In this document: one piece after another, positions 1 through 9,091 of the stretch
Layout of the letters: every line of letters starts with the position of its first letter
How positions within the stretch are numbered: position 1 is the first letter of the stretch
Origin: Longimicrobiales bacterium
GTDB lineage: Bacteria > Gemmatimonadota > Gemmatimonadetes > Longimicrobiales > Gaopeijiaceae
Reading direction: 5' to 3'
DNA length: 64,000 bases
NCBI GenBank assembly: GCA_965197725.1
Contig: CBDANQ010000051.1
Location: 1 to 64,000, forward strand
Program-made: the position numbers and the translations under genes
The notes under the pieces: generated by a model
Database searches by the model: none
Told to the model about the DNA's origin: nothing
Seen by the model: only the letters and a program-made list of their open reading frames with translations

Positions 1-6
1 TATGAC

Positions 7-38
7 ACAGTAGAGCCTTTAGGATGGTACGGGGTCAA
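7..38 (-). promoter_or_regulatory. Possible MerR-family-type promoter pointing off the left window edge
   Basis: Minus strand reads TTGACC (38-33), a 20-bp spacer with imperfect dyad CCGTA..TAAAGG, then TACTGT (12-7). Long 19-20 bp spacers are typical of MerR-family promoters. The target gene lies outside the window. Confidence 0.35.
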
Positions 39-241
39 CACGTGGCCGGCGTGTGGGGTCGCCCTCCGGTGGAATCCACATGTTCGGGTCGACTCCGACG
101 GGGCTTCGAGGCAGTGGCGCCCCGGCTGGACTTCCTCGCGTCGCTTAGACTCGAGTTCCGGCCTGGCGCTCTCTGGCGCCCGAGGGCTTGAGAGCGCATC
201 TTGCCCGACGTGCGACGCGGCGGCTTGGGGGCGACTTCCTC

Positions 242-273
242 ATCTAGGCCGGAGGTTATCTAGGCCGGAGGTT
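242..273 (+). repeat. Perfect 16-bp tandem duplication containing the RBS
   Basis: ATCTAGGCCGGAGGTT x2 immediately before ATG 274. Confidence 0.95.
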
Positions 274-2347
274 ATGATGGACGCGACACCCGACAGCGGC
301 AAGTTATCCGACGCTTGGAGGGTAGCGGTCGCCGTCGTCCTCTGCGTCCTGCTCGTCACCCCTGCGGCAGGCGCGGGCCAGCACGTCAATGAGCGGCCCG
401 CGAGCGAGCCTGGGGCTTGGCGCTATATCGGCGGGGATGCCGGGCACACCCGGTCCACGCCTCTGGATCAGATCGACGCCTCGAACTTCGCCGATCTCGA
501 GATCGAGTGGGTCTGGAGGAGCGCCAGCTTCGGGCCGGGCCCTCCACGCTCCACGCCGGTGTACGCGGACGGGAAGCTGTTCACGGTAGCCGGGGCACGG
601 CGTCACGTGGTGCGGATCGACCCCGCCACGGGAGAGACCCTCTGGACGTTCCGACTGCCCAACACCTTCCGTTGGGAGTACTCCATGCGCGCGCCATGGG
701 GGAAGGGGATCGCGTACGCGGAGGTCGACGGCAGGGGGGGTCGTCTACGTTACGACGCCTGCGTTCTTCCTCTATGCCCTCGACGCCGAGACGGGCAGGC
801 CTCTCGAGAACTGGGGCACGCCCGTGCCGCTGGATGGCTTTCCAAAGACCGGCGTGGTCGATCTCCTGCCCGACCTCCTCGCCGACTGGGGTCCTTGGAA
901 GGAGTGGGACGAGCCGTACGACCCGTACTACGGGATCCCGCTGGAGCTCGGGTACATCACCAACTCTTCACCGCCGATCGTGGTGAACGGGACCGTCGTG
1001 GTGGGCAACTCGGCCGAGCAGGGCTACAAGCAGACGCGCATCCAGAACGTGCCCGGTGACATCCTGGGGTACGACGCCAGGACGGGTGCGCACAAGTGGA
1101 AGTTCCACGTGATTGCGCGGCCGGGCGAGGTCGGCCACGAGACGTGGGAGAACGACGCATGGAATTGGACGGGGGACGTGTCGTCGTGGGCGCCGATGTC
1201 GGCGGACCCCGAGCGCGGAATCGTCTACATCCCGACGAACCCGCCGACGATCGACTTCTATGGCGGCTTTCGCCCTGGAAACGGCCTGTTCGGCACGAGC
1301 CTCATCGCGCTCGACGTGGAGACGGGCGAGAGGGTGTGGCATTTCCAGATGGTCCATCACGACGTCTGGAACTACGACACCTCCACAGCCCCGATACTGA
1401 TGGACGTCACGGTGGACGGAGAGAGAATCCCGGGTGTGTTTCAGGCCACGAAGCAGGCGTTTCTGTACTCGTTCAATCGGGAGACGGGCGAGCCCATCTG
1501 GCCCATCGAAGAGCGTCCGGTGCCCCAGTCGAAGGTTCCCGGGGAGCAGCTAGCACCCACTCAACCATTCCCCACCAAACCCGCCCCGTACGACAAGCAA
1601 GGCTTTACGGTCGACGACCTGATCGACTTCACGCCGGAGCTGCGCCAACAAGCGCTCGATATCATCGAGGGCTACGAGCTCGGTCCACTCTTCAACCCGC
1701 CCATCCACAGTACCAATACCGAGGGATCGAAGGGACCGATCTGGTGCCCCGGTGAGTTGGGAGGGACGAACATCTCCGGTCCCCCCGCGGCCGACCCCGA
1801 GACCGGGATCATCTACACCGTCTCTCGGACGAACTGCGGCTGGCGGGTCGTGGTCCCGGGTGTGGAGCGAGACGTGATGCTCGAGCGGCCGACGGGAACG
1901 ACCATCGCGGACTTCGCCGTCGGTATGGGTACTCCGGGCGGCGTGCCGGGTCCCCAGCGTCTGCCGTTGGAGAAGCCACCGTACAGTCGAATCACGGCGA
2001 TCGACCTCAACACCGGGGAGCACCTGTGGTGGATTTCAAACGGGGGCACGCCGAAGTTCATCCAGGATCACCCTGCGCTGCAGGGATTGGATGTTCCGCC
2101 CACGGGGAACCTGCGTCACTCGGCGATGATGGTCACGCCGGATATGCTGCTCCACACAGCGCTCGGCGACGACGGGGAGACGCCTTTCCTCTTCGCGGTG
2201 GACAAGGCCACGGGCAAGCGTCTCGGCGGCATCGAGACTTCGGGCCTTGGCCTTTACGGCATCATGTCCTACATGAACGAGGGTCGGCAGCACATCGTCC
2301 TACAGATACCGGGGGAGCTGGTGGCGCTCACCCTGCCGTCGAGGTGA
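274..2347 (+). pseudogene. PQQ-dependent (quinoprotein glucose dehydrogenase-like) dehydrogenase, split by a +1 frameshift (real or sequencing error)
   Basis: Signal peptide and WRYIGGDAGHTRSTPLDQI in ORF 274-1059; [16 protein letters not shown] and [18 protein letters not shown] in ORF 824-2347. Removing one G from the G7 run at 734-740 restores [25 protein letters not shown]. Confidence 0.85.
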
Positions 2348-2375
2348 CGCAAGCGGTCTTGGAGAGAACGGTGCG

Positions 2376-2401
2376 GTAGACCAGATGGAGTAGACCAGAT
2401 G
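2376..2401 (+). repeat. 14-bp-period duplication spanning the start codon
   Basis: GTAGACCAGATG-GA-GTAGACCAGATG. The GGAG formed at the junction lies 8 nt before ATG 2399. Confidence 0.9.
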
Positions 2402-3079
2402 AAAGAGAACGAGCCCCAAGAGAACGAGCCGCAAGAGAACGAGCCCCAAGAGAACGAGCCAAAGGCCGGCGGTCTCACGAGACGCCACTTCTTGGAGGGC
2501 ACCGGAGGCGCTCTCGTCATCGCGGGCGTCGCGCCCAAGCTAGGGGTCGCGGAGCCCTGGAGCGCGACCGTCGCCCGACAGGAAGCTGAGGCTGTCCCCC
2601 GGACTCAGGTCCGCCTTACCGTAAACGGCACCGATCACAGGGTCGATGTGGAAGACCGCTGGACGCTCAACGAGGTGCTCCGCGACCACATCGGGCTCAC
2701 GGGTTCCAAGATCGGCTGCAATCGCGGTGAATGTGGCGCATGCACGGTGTTGCTGGATGGTGAGCCGATCTATTCGTGCAGCACGCTCGCGGTGTGGGCC
2801 GACGGTCGCGCCGTCGAGACCGTGGAGGGGCTCGAGCGGGACAGCGAGCTCACGCCGTTGCAGCAGGCCTTCATCGATCACGACGCCCCCCAGTGTGGCT
2901 TCTGCACACCCGGTCAGCTGATGACGGCAACCGCGTTACTGGAGCGGAACTCCCGCCCGAGCGCGGATGAGGTGCGCGAGGCGCTGGTCGGCAATCTCTG
3001 CCGCTGTTCGAACTACAACGCGATCGTGGAGGCGGTGTTGACGACCGCGGCGACCGCAGCATCGGGAGGCGCGCCATGA
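2399..3079 (+). CDS. (2Fe-2S)-binding subunit of an XDH/PaoABC-type oxidoreductase with Tat signal (PaoA/YagT-like)
   Basis: TRRHFL twin-arginine motif; GCNRGECGACTV, QCGFCTPG and GNLCRC motifs. Confidence 0.93.
   Translation: MKENEPQENEPQENEPQENEPKAGGLTRRHFLEGTGGALVIAGVAPKLGVAEPWSATVARQEAEAVPRTQVRLTVNGTDHRVDVEDRWTLNEVLRDHIGLTGSKIGCNRGECGACTVLLDGEPIYSCSTLAVWADGRAVETVEGLERDSELTPLQQAFIDHDAPQCGFCTPGQLMTATALLERNSRPSADEVREALVGNLCRCSNYNAIVEAVLTTAATAASGGAP
2405..2461 (+). repeat. 15-bp coding minisatellite (ENEPQ, about 4 copies) in the Tat n-region
   Basis: GAGAACGAGCC(C/G)CAA repeated 3 times plus a partial fourth copy. Confidence 0.95.
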
Positions 3080-5247
3080 GCCAGGAGCAAGCGACTGGAC
3101 CCGTCGGGCCGATGAACACAGTCGGGCACAACTTCCCGCGCATCGACGCCTACGAGCGGGTGACGGGAAAGGCCACTTATACGGGAGACGTCCAGCTCCC
3201 GGGCATGCTGTACGCGCGCCTCCTGCGCAGTCCGCACCCGCACGCGCGCATCCGCAGTGTCGACGTGTCGAGGGCCCAGGCCCTGCCGGGCGTCCGTGCG
3301 GTCGTCACGCACGAGACACACCAGCTGATCTACGGCTCAGGTTCGATCGCGGGCGGTCGACAGTACAACGACGCCGCCAAGGAGATCACCAAACACGTTC
3401 GGTACATGTTCGACAACCCGGTCCGCTTCGTCGGCCAGCCGGTGGCCGCGGTGGCTGCGGTCGATCGGCACGTGGCCGAGGAGGCGCTCCAGCTCATCGA
3501 CATCGACTACCAAGAGCTGCCTTTCGTGATCGATCCCGAGCAGGCGCTGGAGCCGGGGGCTCCTGCCATCTGGCCCGAGGGCAACCTCGCGTTGGACTAT
3601 GAGAACCAAGCGAGACCGTTGGTGCGGCGGCTCGGAGACGTCGAGGCGGGCTTCCAGGCCGCCGACCAAGTGTTCGAGGATCGGTATACGACCGCCTTCG
3701 TGCAGGACGGCCAGATGGAGCCCCGCTCCGCGCTGGCGCACTGGCAAGGCGACAAGGTCACTCTCTATACGCCGACCCAGGGCATCTCGAACTGCCGCCA
3801 CGACAACGCGCGGGATCTGGGTCTCGAGGACCATCAAGTACAGATCATTTGCAAGTACATGGGTGGTGGCTTTGGCGACAAGAACGGCAGCTACTACTTC
3901 GACCTGATCGCCGCAATGCTGGCGAAAGAGGCAGACGCCCCGGTGTTGCTCGAGCTGACCAGGAAGGACGACTGGCTGGGTACGCACGGGCGTTGGCACA
4001 CCATTCAGGACTTCAAGGTGGGCGTGAAGCGGGACGGCACGGTGACGGCGATTCAGATGCGCGGCTACAGCGGCATGGGTCCGTACCTCAGAAGATCGGG
4101 GGGCGTCAGCGGGATCGAGGCATTCGCGTGCCCCAATAGCGAGCGGGTGATCTACCCGGTGCACACGAACCGGATGGTGTCGGGCAACTTCCGAGCGCCC
4201 TCGGATCCGCAGGGGTACTTCGCCGTGCAGTCGATGATGGACGACATCGCGTATAAGCTGGGTGTGGACCCAGTGGACTTCGCGCTGAAGAACATGCTGC
4301 GGCCGACCGAGGACGTGCAGTTCACGAACTACTCAATGGAAGAGTGCGTCGAGCGGGGTGTGGAACTCTTCGACTGGCAGAGCCGGCGGCGTTCCGTGCC
4401 CGGCTCGGACCCAGGACCGATCAAGCGCGGGGCGGGCATGTCGTTCATGATGTTCCGGTCCGGAGTCGGCCCGAGCAGCGCGATTGTGCGCGTGGACTCC
4501 GAGCAGCGGTACACACTGTTCGTCGGCGTCACGGACATCGGCCCCGGGGCCAAAACGACGATGGCACTCATCGCCGCAGAGGAGCTGGGTGTGCCGTTGT
4601 CGCAGGTGGAGGTCGTCTGGGGCGATACCGATCGCTGCCCGTATTCCGTGGGCGAGTCGGGGAGCCGGACCACAACCCAGACAGGCTACGCAGTCGTCCA
4701 GGCCGCCCAGGATCTCAAGGCCCAGATCGCCGAGGCGGGGATGCCACGGCGTGACGAAGTGCTGATCGCATCGGCGACCCCGACGCCCAGCACGCAGGGC
4801 AGGCTGCGCATGTGCTTCGGCGCGCACTTCGTGGAGGTGGAAGCGAATGTTCAGCTCGGCCACGTGCGGATCACGAAATACGTGGCGGTCCACGAGTCTG
4901 GACGCATCCTCAATCCGCTTCCCGCCAGGGACCAGATCCGCGGCGCGGCGTTGCAGGGGGTCGGACAGGCATTGCACGAGGATCTCCTGTACGATGCTCG
5001 GAACGGGCACCCGCTCACGGCGGGGTACTACGGGGCGCGGCACCTGACACATCTGGATGCACCCGAAATCGAGGTCACGTTCATCGAGACCGACGACGGC
5101 TTCGGGCCCTACGGCGCGAAAACGGTCGGCGAGGCGGGTATCATCCTGGGCCCAGCCGCGGTGGCCAACGCGATCTTCAACGCCATCGGGCACCGGATGA
5201 AAGACCTGCCCATCACCAGGGACAAGATTCTGGGAGCGCTCTCATGA
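3076..5247 (+). CDS. Xanthine dehydrogenase family molybdopterin-binding subunit (PaoC/YagR-like)
   Basis: RVTGKATYTGDV, RSPHPHARI, GGGFGDK, FRAP, DIGPGAKT and GAKTVGE motifs; ATGA overlap with the upstream gene. Confidence 0.93.
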   Translation: MSQEQATGPVGPMNTVGHNFPRIDAYERVTGKATYTGDVQLPGMLYARLLRSPHPHARIRSVDVSRAQALPGVRAVVTHETHQLIYGSGSIAGGRQYNDAAKEITKHVRYMFDNPVRFVGQPVAAVAAVDRHVAEEALQLIDIDYQELPFVIDPEQALEPGAPAIWPEGNLALDYENQARPLVRRLGDVEAGFQAADQVFEDRYTTAFVQDGQMEPRSALAHWQGDKVTLYTPTQGISNCRHDNARDLGLEDHQVQIICKYMGGGFGDKNGSYYFDLIAAMLAKEADAPVLLELTRKDDWLGTHGRWHTIQDFKVGVKRDGTVTAIQMRGYSGMGPYLRRSGGVSGIEAFACPNSERVIYPVHTNRMVSGNFRAPSDPQGYFAVQSMMDDIAYKLGVDPVDFALKNMLRPTEDVQFTNYSMEECVERGVELFDWQSRRRSVPGSDPGPIKRGAGMSFMMFRSGVGPSSAIVRVDSEQRYTLFVGVTDIGPGAKTTMALIAAEELGVPLSQVEVVWGDTDRCPYSVGESGSRTTTQTGYAVVQAAQDLKAQIAEAGMPRRDEVLIASATPTPSTQGRLRMCFGAHFVEVEANVQLGHVRITKYVAVHESGRILNPLPARDQIRGAALQGVGQALHEDLLYDARNGHPLTAGYYGARHLTHLDAPEIEVTFIETDDGFGPYGAKTVGEAGIILGPAAVANAIFNAIGHRMKDLPITRDKILGALS

Positions 5248-6254
5248 AAGCCTTTGCCAACCAGAATGCTCGGAGCGTGGAAGAGGCAGTGGCGCTGGCG
5301 CAGGCGGCGCTCGAGGGCGGGCAGGCAGTGTCCTTCGCCGCGGGCGGCACCGATCTGCTTCAGCTCATGAAGGACAGAGTCGTGAATCGGCCGGGGTCCG
5401 ACCTGCCGGACGTCCTCGTGAACCTCAAGACCGTCGATGGGCTCAATCAGGTGACGTCGAGGGGGCAGGACGGGGTGAGCGTAGGCGGCATGATCACGCT
5501 CGACTCGCTGAGCGAGCATGCGCTCGTTCGTGACCAGTTCAGCGTGTTGGCCGAAGCCGCCGAGAGCGTCGCGACGCCCCAGATCCGCAAGGCCGGCACC
5601 TTGGCCGGAAATGTGTGTCAGCGGCCCTGGTGCTGGTACTATCGCAACGGATTCACGTGCTACAAGGCGGGCGGCAGCGTGTGCTTCTCCGTGCGCGGCG
5701 AGAACCAGCTCCACGCGATCTTCGGCGGTGGACCGAGCTTCATCGTTCATCCCTCGGACGTAGCGCCTGCGCTCGTCGCGCTCGACGCGAGCTTCCGGAT
5801 CGTGGGGCCCGAGGGTGAGCGTACCCTGTCCGGAGCCGACTTCTTCGTGCTTCCGCGCCAGGACGCGGAACACGAGAACGTGCTCGCGGACGACGAGGTA
5901 CTCGCGTCTGTCGAGCTTCCCGTGCCCGGAGCTGGCGTGCGCAGCACGTTTCACAAGGTCATGGACCGCGAGGCGTGGACGCACGCGCTGGTGAGTGCCG
6001 CCGTCGTGCTGGAGATGGACGGCGACGTCTGCCAGGGCGCGAGGATCGTGCTGGGCGGCGTGGCTCCTATTCCGTGGCGCGTTCCGGCGGCAGAAAGGTT
6101 GCTGGCGGGCAGCCGCGTCACGCCGGAGCTCGCTCGCGAGGTGGGGGCGGCTGCCGTGGCGGGAGCGAGGGCCATGTCGAAGAACGCATACAAGATCCCC
6201 CTGACTCGAGAGGTGGTGGAGCAGACGGTCCTGACGCTCGCCACGTCCGCGTAG
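5244..6254 (+). CDS. FAD-binding subunit with Cys-rich [4Fe-4S] insertion (PaoB/YagS-like)
   Basis: AGGTDLL, ATPQIRKAGTLAGNVCQRPWCWYYR..C..C, HPSDVAPAL and GGVAPIPWR. Start at the ATGA overlap, 5244. Confidence 0.92.
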   Translation: MKAFANQNARSVEEAVALAQAALEGGQAVSFAAGGTDLLQLMKDRVVNRPGSDLPDVLVNLKTVDGLNQVTSRGQDGVSVGGMITLDSLSEHALVRDQFSVLAEAAESVATPQIRKAGTLAGNVCQRPWCWYYRNGFTCYKAGGSVCFSVRGENQLHAIFGGGPSFIVHPSDVAPALVALDASFRIVGPEGERTLSGADFFVLPRQDAEHENVLADDEVLASVELPVPGAGVRSTFHKVMDREAWTHALVSAAVVLEMDGDVCQGARIVLGGVAPIPWRVPAAERLLAGSRVTPELAREVGAAAVAGARAMSKNAYKIPLTREVVEQTVLTLATSA

Positions 6255-6271
6255 TAGCCACGTCCGCATAG
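6240..6271 (+). repeat. 17-bp-period near-perfect duplication across a stop codon
   Basis: GCCACGTCCGCGTAGTA / GCCACGTCCGCATAG. Confidence 0.85.
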
Positions 6272-6272
6272 G

Positions 6273-6642
6273 ATGAAGCGACGAGACTTTCTCCTGCTGA
6301 GGACGCGTGGCAGAGAACGAATCCTCGAGTTGTCGTGTGAGCGTCTCTACATGCGCTACGCGGATGCTCGGTCGGGCGCCGGCCGTGCTCAGGAGCCGAG
6401 CGAGGTCGACGCGGACCTGCAGTCCTGGGCCGGCGAGCCACCGACGGACATCCTGGTGCCCACAACCACCGAGCTCTTCGAGGAGTTGGAGCGGGAGCTG
6501 TCGAGCGCAGACGTGCTCCGGGTGCTCGACCGTGACTGGCTCGCCGGTGGGGCATTCCGTCAGGAGGTCGAGGTCCGGATCGACGCCTTCGTGCGCCGGG
6601 GAAAACGTGTGGAGTTTCAGGACTCGACTCGGCGGTCGATGA
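6273..6642 (+). CDS. Small hypothetical protein with an RRDFL N-terminus; apparently fused to the next gene by a +1 indel near 6615
   Basis: MKRRDFLLLRTRG...LSCERLYMRY. An ATGA stop/start overlap at 6639-6642 in the +1 frame suggests the original stop. Confidence 0.6.
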
Positions 6643-7010
6643 GGAGCGCACCCGGGATCCATCTCGCACTGGTGGCCTGCTTGGGCGCCGCCACAGCCCT
6701 CGGTGCCTGCGGGCCCGATGTGCCCGAGGCCCCGCCGGACGATGTGCTGCAGGAGCGAGTCGAGGCCGCTATTGCGCGCGCGTCCGACGTCCCCGCCGAC
6801 TCGATCACGGTCGCGGTCAGCGATGGGGTCGTGACCTTGACGGGCTCGGTCGTCTGCGAGGAGTGCGGAGGTAGCCGCACGCCCGGCGGCTTCGGCACGG
6901 TTCAGCAAAGCCTCGGCGCTGTCGTCCGCGCCATCCCCGGCGTGCAGAGCGTCGAGTTCGAGTTGCGGTATCAGCAGCCCGCCGAACCCCCCGGCAGAGC
7001 GGGCGGGTAG
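6639..7010 (+). CDS. BON-domain lipoprotein with a CxxC insertion
   Basis: Lipobox LGAC; ITVAVSDGVVTLTGSV...VRAIPGVQSV BON pattern; CEECGG insertion. Confidence 0.75.
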   Translation: MRSAPGIHLALVACLGAATALGACGPDVPEAPPDDVLQERVEAAIARASDVPADSITVAVSDGVVTLTGSVVCEECGGSRTPGGFGTVQQSLGAVVRAIPGVQSVEFELRYQQPAEPPGRAGG

Positions 7011-7031
7011 GGGACGTAGGATCGCCGAGCC

Positions 7032-8045
7032 TTAGGTCTCGCCCCTGCGAATACAGGCCACCAGGTGCTCCCGCTCGCCGTCTTCCTGTGAAGATCCCAC
7101 GGCCTCGAGTGCCGGGAGCGCCTCGCTGCAGGCGGATATCGCGAACGGACAACGCGGATGGAAAGCACATCCCGGAGGCGGTGACACGGGGCTCGGCGCC
7201 TCGCCCTCCAGGGGATTTGCCTCGGGTCTGCGTCGGGGATCGGGTACCGGGATGGCCTCGATGAGCGCCCTCGTGTACGGATGAGCGGCCCGTTCGAAGA
7301 TCGTCTCGACCGGTCCCACTTCCACGATCCTACCGAGGTACATGATCGCGATCGCGTCGCTGATGTACTCCACCACCGAGAGATCGTGGCTGATGAAGAC
7401 GTACGTCAGATTCCGCTCCCTCTGCAGGCGGACCATAAGATTCAGCACCTGGCTCTGCACCGACACATCCAACGCCGACACGGGTTCGTCCGCGATGACG
7501 AGCTTGGGTTCGAGGGTGAGCGCCCTCGCGAGTCCGACCCGCTGCCGCTGACCGCCGGAGAATTCGTGGGGGTAGCGCGCGAGCGTGTCCCCCGGGAGCC
7601 CGACGACTTCGAGGAGCTCGCGAACCTTCTCGCGCTGCTCGGCCTTCGTGCCGACGCCGTGGACGAGCAGAGGTTCGCGCACGATCTCGCCGATGGTCAT
7701 TCTGGGATTCAGCGAGGAGTAGGGGTCCTGGAAGATCATCTGGATGTCGCGGCGGAGGCTGAATAGCTCCTTCCCGGAGGCGTGCGCGAGATCCCTCCCT
7801 TCGAACAGGACTGAGCCCTCGGTCGGCTCCTCCAGGCGGTTCAGGGCGCGCCCCAGCGTCGACTTGCCGCAGCCGGACTCCCCGACCAGCCCCAGGGTCT
7901 CGCCCCTGCGGAGCGTGAACGAGACACCGTTCACGGCACGGATCTCGCCGATCTTCCCGCCCAGGATACCCCCGCGAACGGGGTAGTACTTCTTCAACCC
8001 GTCCACCACGAGGATGGGATCGCCGCCGTTCCCGCTCGCGCTCAC
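7032..8045 (-). CDS. Oligopeptide/dipeptide ABC transporter ATP-binding protein (OppF/DppF-like)
   Basis: [20 protein letters not shown] and C-terminal PPGCAFHPRC; GTG start overlaps the upstream stop. Confidence 0.93.
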   Translation of the reverse strand: MSASGNGGDPILVVDGLKKYYPVRGGILGGKIGEIRAVNGVSFTLRRGETLGLVGESGCGKSTLGRALNRLEEPTEGSVLFEGRDLAHASGKELFSLRRDIQMIFQDPYSSLNPRMTIGEIVREPLLVHGVGTKAEQREKVRELLEVVGLPGDTLARYPHEFSGGQRQRVGLARALTLEPKLVIADEPVSALDVSVQSQVLNLMVRLQRERNLTYVFISHDLSVVEYISDAIAIMYLGRIVEVGPVETIFERAAHPYTRALIEAIPVPDPRRRPEANPLEGEAPSPVSPPPGCAFHPRCPFAISACSEALPALEAVGSSQEDGEREHLVACIRRGET

Positions 8046-9091
8046 CCGCCACCTCTCAGAGTGGGCGCAACCGACTCTCCAGTCGTGACTTCGGCTCCCC
8101 CCAGGGGGAAATGGCACGCCACGAGGCCGTCGCCCACCGTGCGAAGCCGGGGATCCTCACTGAGGCATCGGCCCTGGTCGACCTCGTCGAGCTCCTCTCG
8201 TTTTCCACAGCGCGGGGCGAACCGACAGCCTTCCGGCGGATTCAGCAGCGACGGGACCAGGCCTTCGATGGTGGGCAACTCGGACTTCTTCGAGACGCCC
8301 TTCTTAGGGATGCTCTCGAGCAGGCCCTTCGTGTACGGATGCCTGCTCCGCTCGAAGATCTCGACGACGTGCCCCTGCTCCACGACCCGCCCGGCATACA
8401 TGACAGCGACCTCGTCACAGATCTCGGCAATGACGCCCATGTCGTGGGTGATGAAGATGACCGCGGCGCCGGTGCGTCTCTGAAGGTCCTTGATCAGGTG
8501 GAGAATCTGAGCCTGGATCGTCACGTCCAAAGCCGTCGTGGGTTCGTCAGCGATGAGGAGCTTCGGCTCACAGAGAAGCGCCATCGCGATCATGACACGC
8601 TGCTTCATGCCTCCGGACAGCTCGTGCGGGTACGCGGCGAGGCGCTCCTCCGGATCCGCGATCCCCACCGTACGGAGCATCTGGGCCGAGCGCTTGCCCG
8701 CTTGTGCTTTTCCCAGTCCGAACCGGAGCTTCAGCACCTCCCCCATCTGTCTCTCGACCGTGAACACCGGGTTCAGCGAGGTCATGGGATCCTGGAAGAT
8801 CATGGAGATCTCCTGCCCCCGGATGTTCGCCAGCTCTTCGGATGTGAGTCGCAAGATGTCGGCGTCCGCAAACCGGATTTCCCCACCGAGGATCCGCCCG
8901 GGGGGCTGCGGGACGAGCCTGAGTAGGGACGACGCGGTAACGCTTTTCCCGCAGCCCGACTCCCCAACGATCCCGAGGGTCCGACCCGCGCCGACCTGGA
9001 ACGACACACCATCCACCGCGTGGAGGAGTCCGTCCTCTGTCTCGAAGGCGACCTGGAGGTCGTCGACCTCGAGAAGAGGAGGAAAACTCAC
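8042..9091 (-). CDS. Oligopeptide/dipeptide ABC transporter ATP-binding protein (OppD/DppD-like)
   Basis: [29 protein letters not shown] and GCRFAPRC. Confidence 0.94.
   Translation of the reverse strand: MSFPPLLEVDDLQVAFETEDGLLHAVDGVSFQVGAGRTLGIVGESGCGKSVTASSLLRLVPQPPGRILGGEIRFADADILRLTSEELANIRGQEISMIFQDPMTSLNPVFTVERQMGEVLKLRFGLGKAQAGKRSAQMLRTVGIADPEERLAAYPHELSGGMKQRVMIAMALLCEPKLLIADEPTTALDVTIQAQILHLIKDLQRRTGAAVIFITHDMGVIAEICDEVAVMYAGRVVEQGHVVEIFERSRHPYTKGLLESIPKKGVSKKSELPTIEGLVPSLLNPPEGCRFAPRCGKREELDEVDQGRCLSEDPRLRTVGDGLVACHFPLGGAEVTTGESVAPTLRGGG

Noticed and set aside
60..110. tRNA-like T-arm (TCGG-GTCGACT-CCGA)
   Set aside because: The loop lacks TTCG, and no acceptor stem, D-arm or CCA could be built.
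734..740. Programmed frameshift or phase variation at the G7 run
   Set aside because: The run is short, no stimulatory structure is evident, and similar +1 indels occur at non-run sites. A plain indel or sequencing error is simpler.
2405..2461. CRISPR-like array
   Set aside because: Direct 15-bp tandem units with no spacers, in frame within a gene; no cas genes in the window.
5109..6908. Long antisense or alternate-frame ORFs (e.g. 5109-6908 -, 33010-34239 +, 54118-55254 +, 55217-56215 +)
   Set aside because: Shadow ORFs of GC-rich coding sequence; they overlap recognisable genes and have no motifs.
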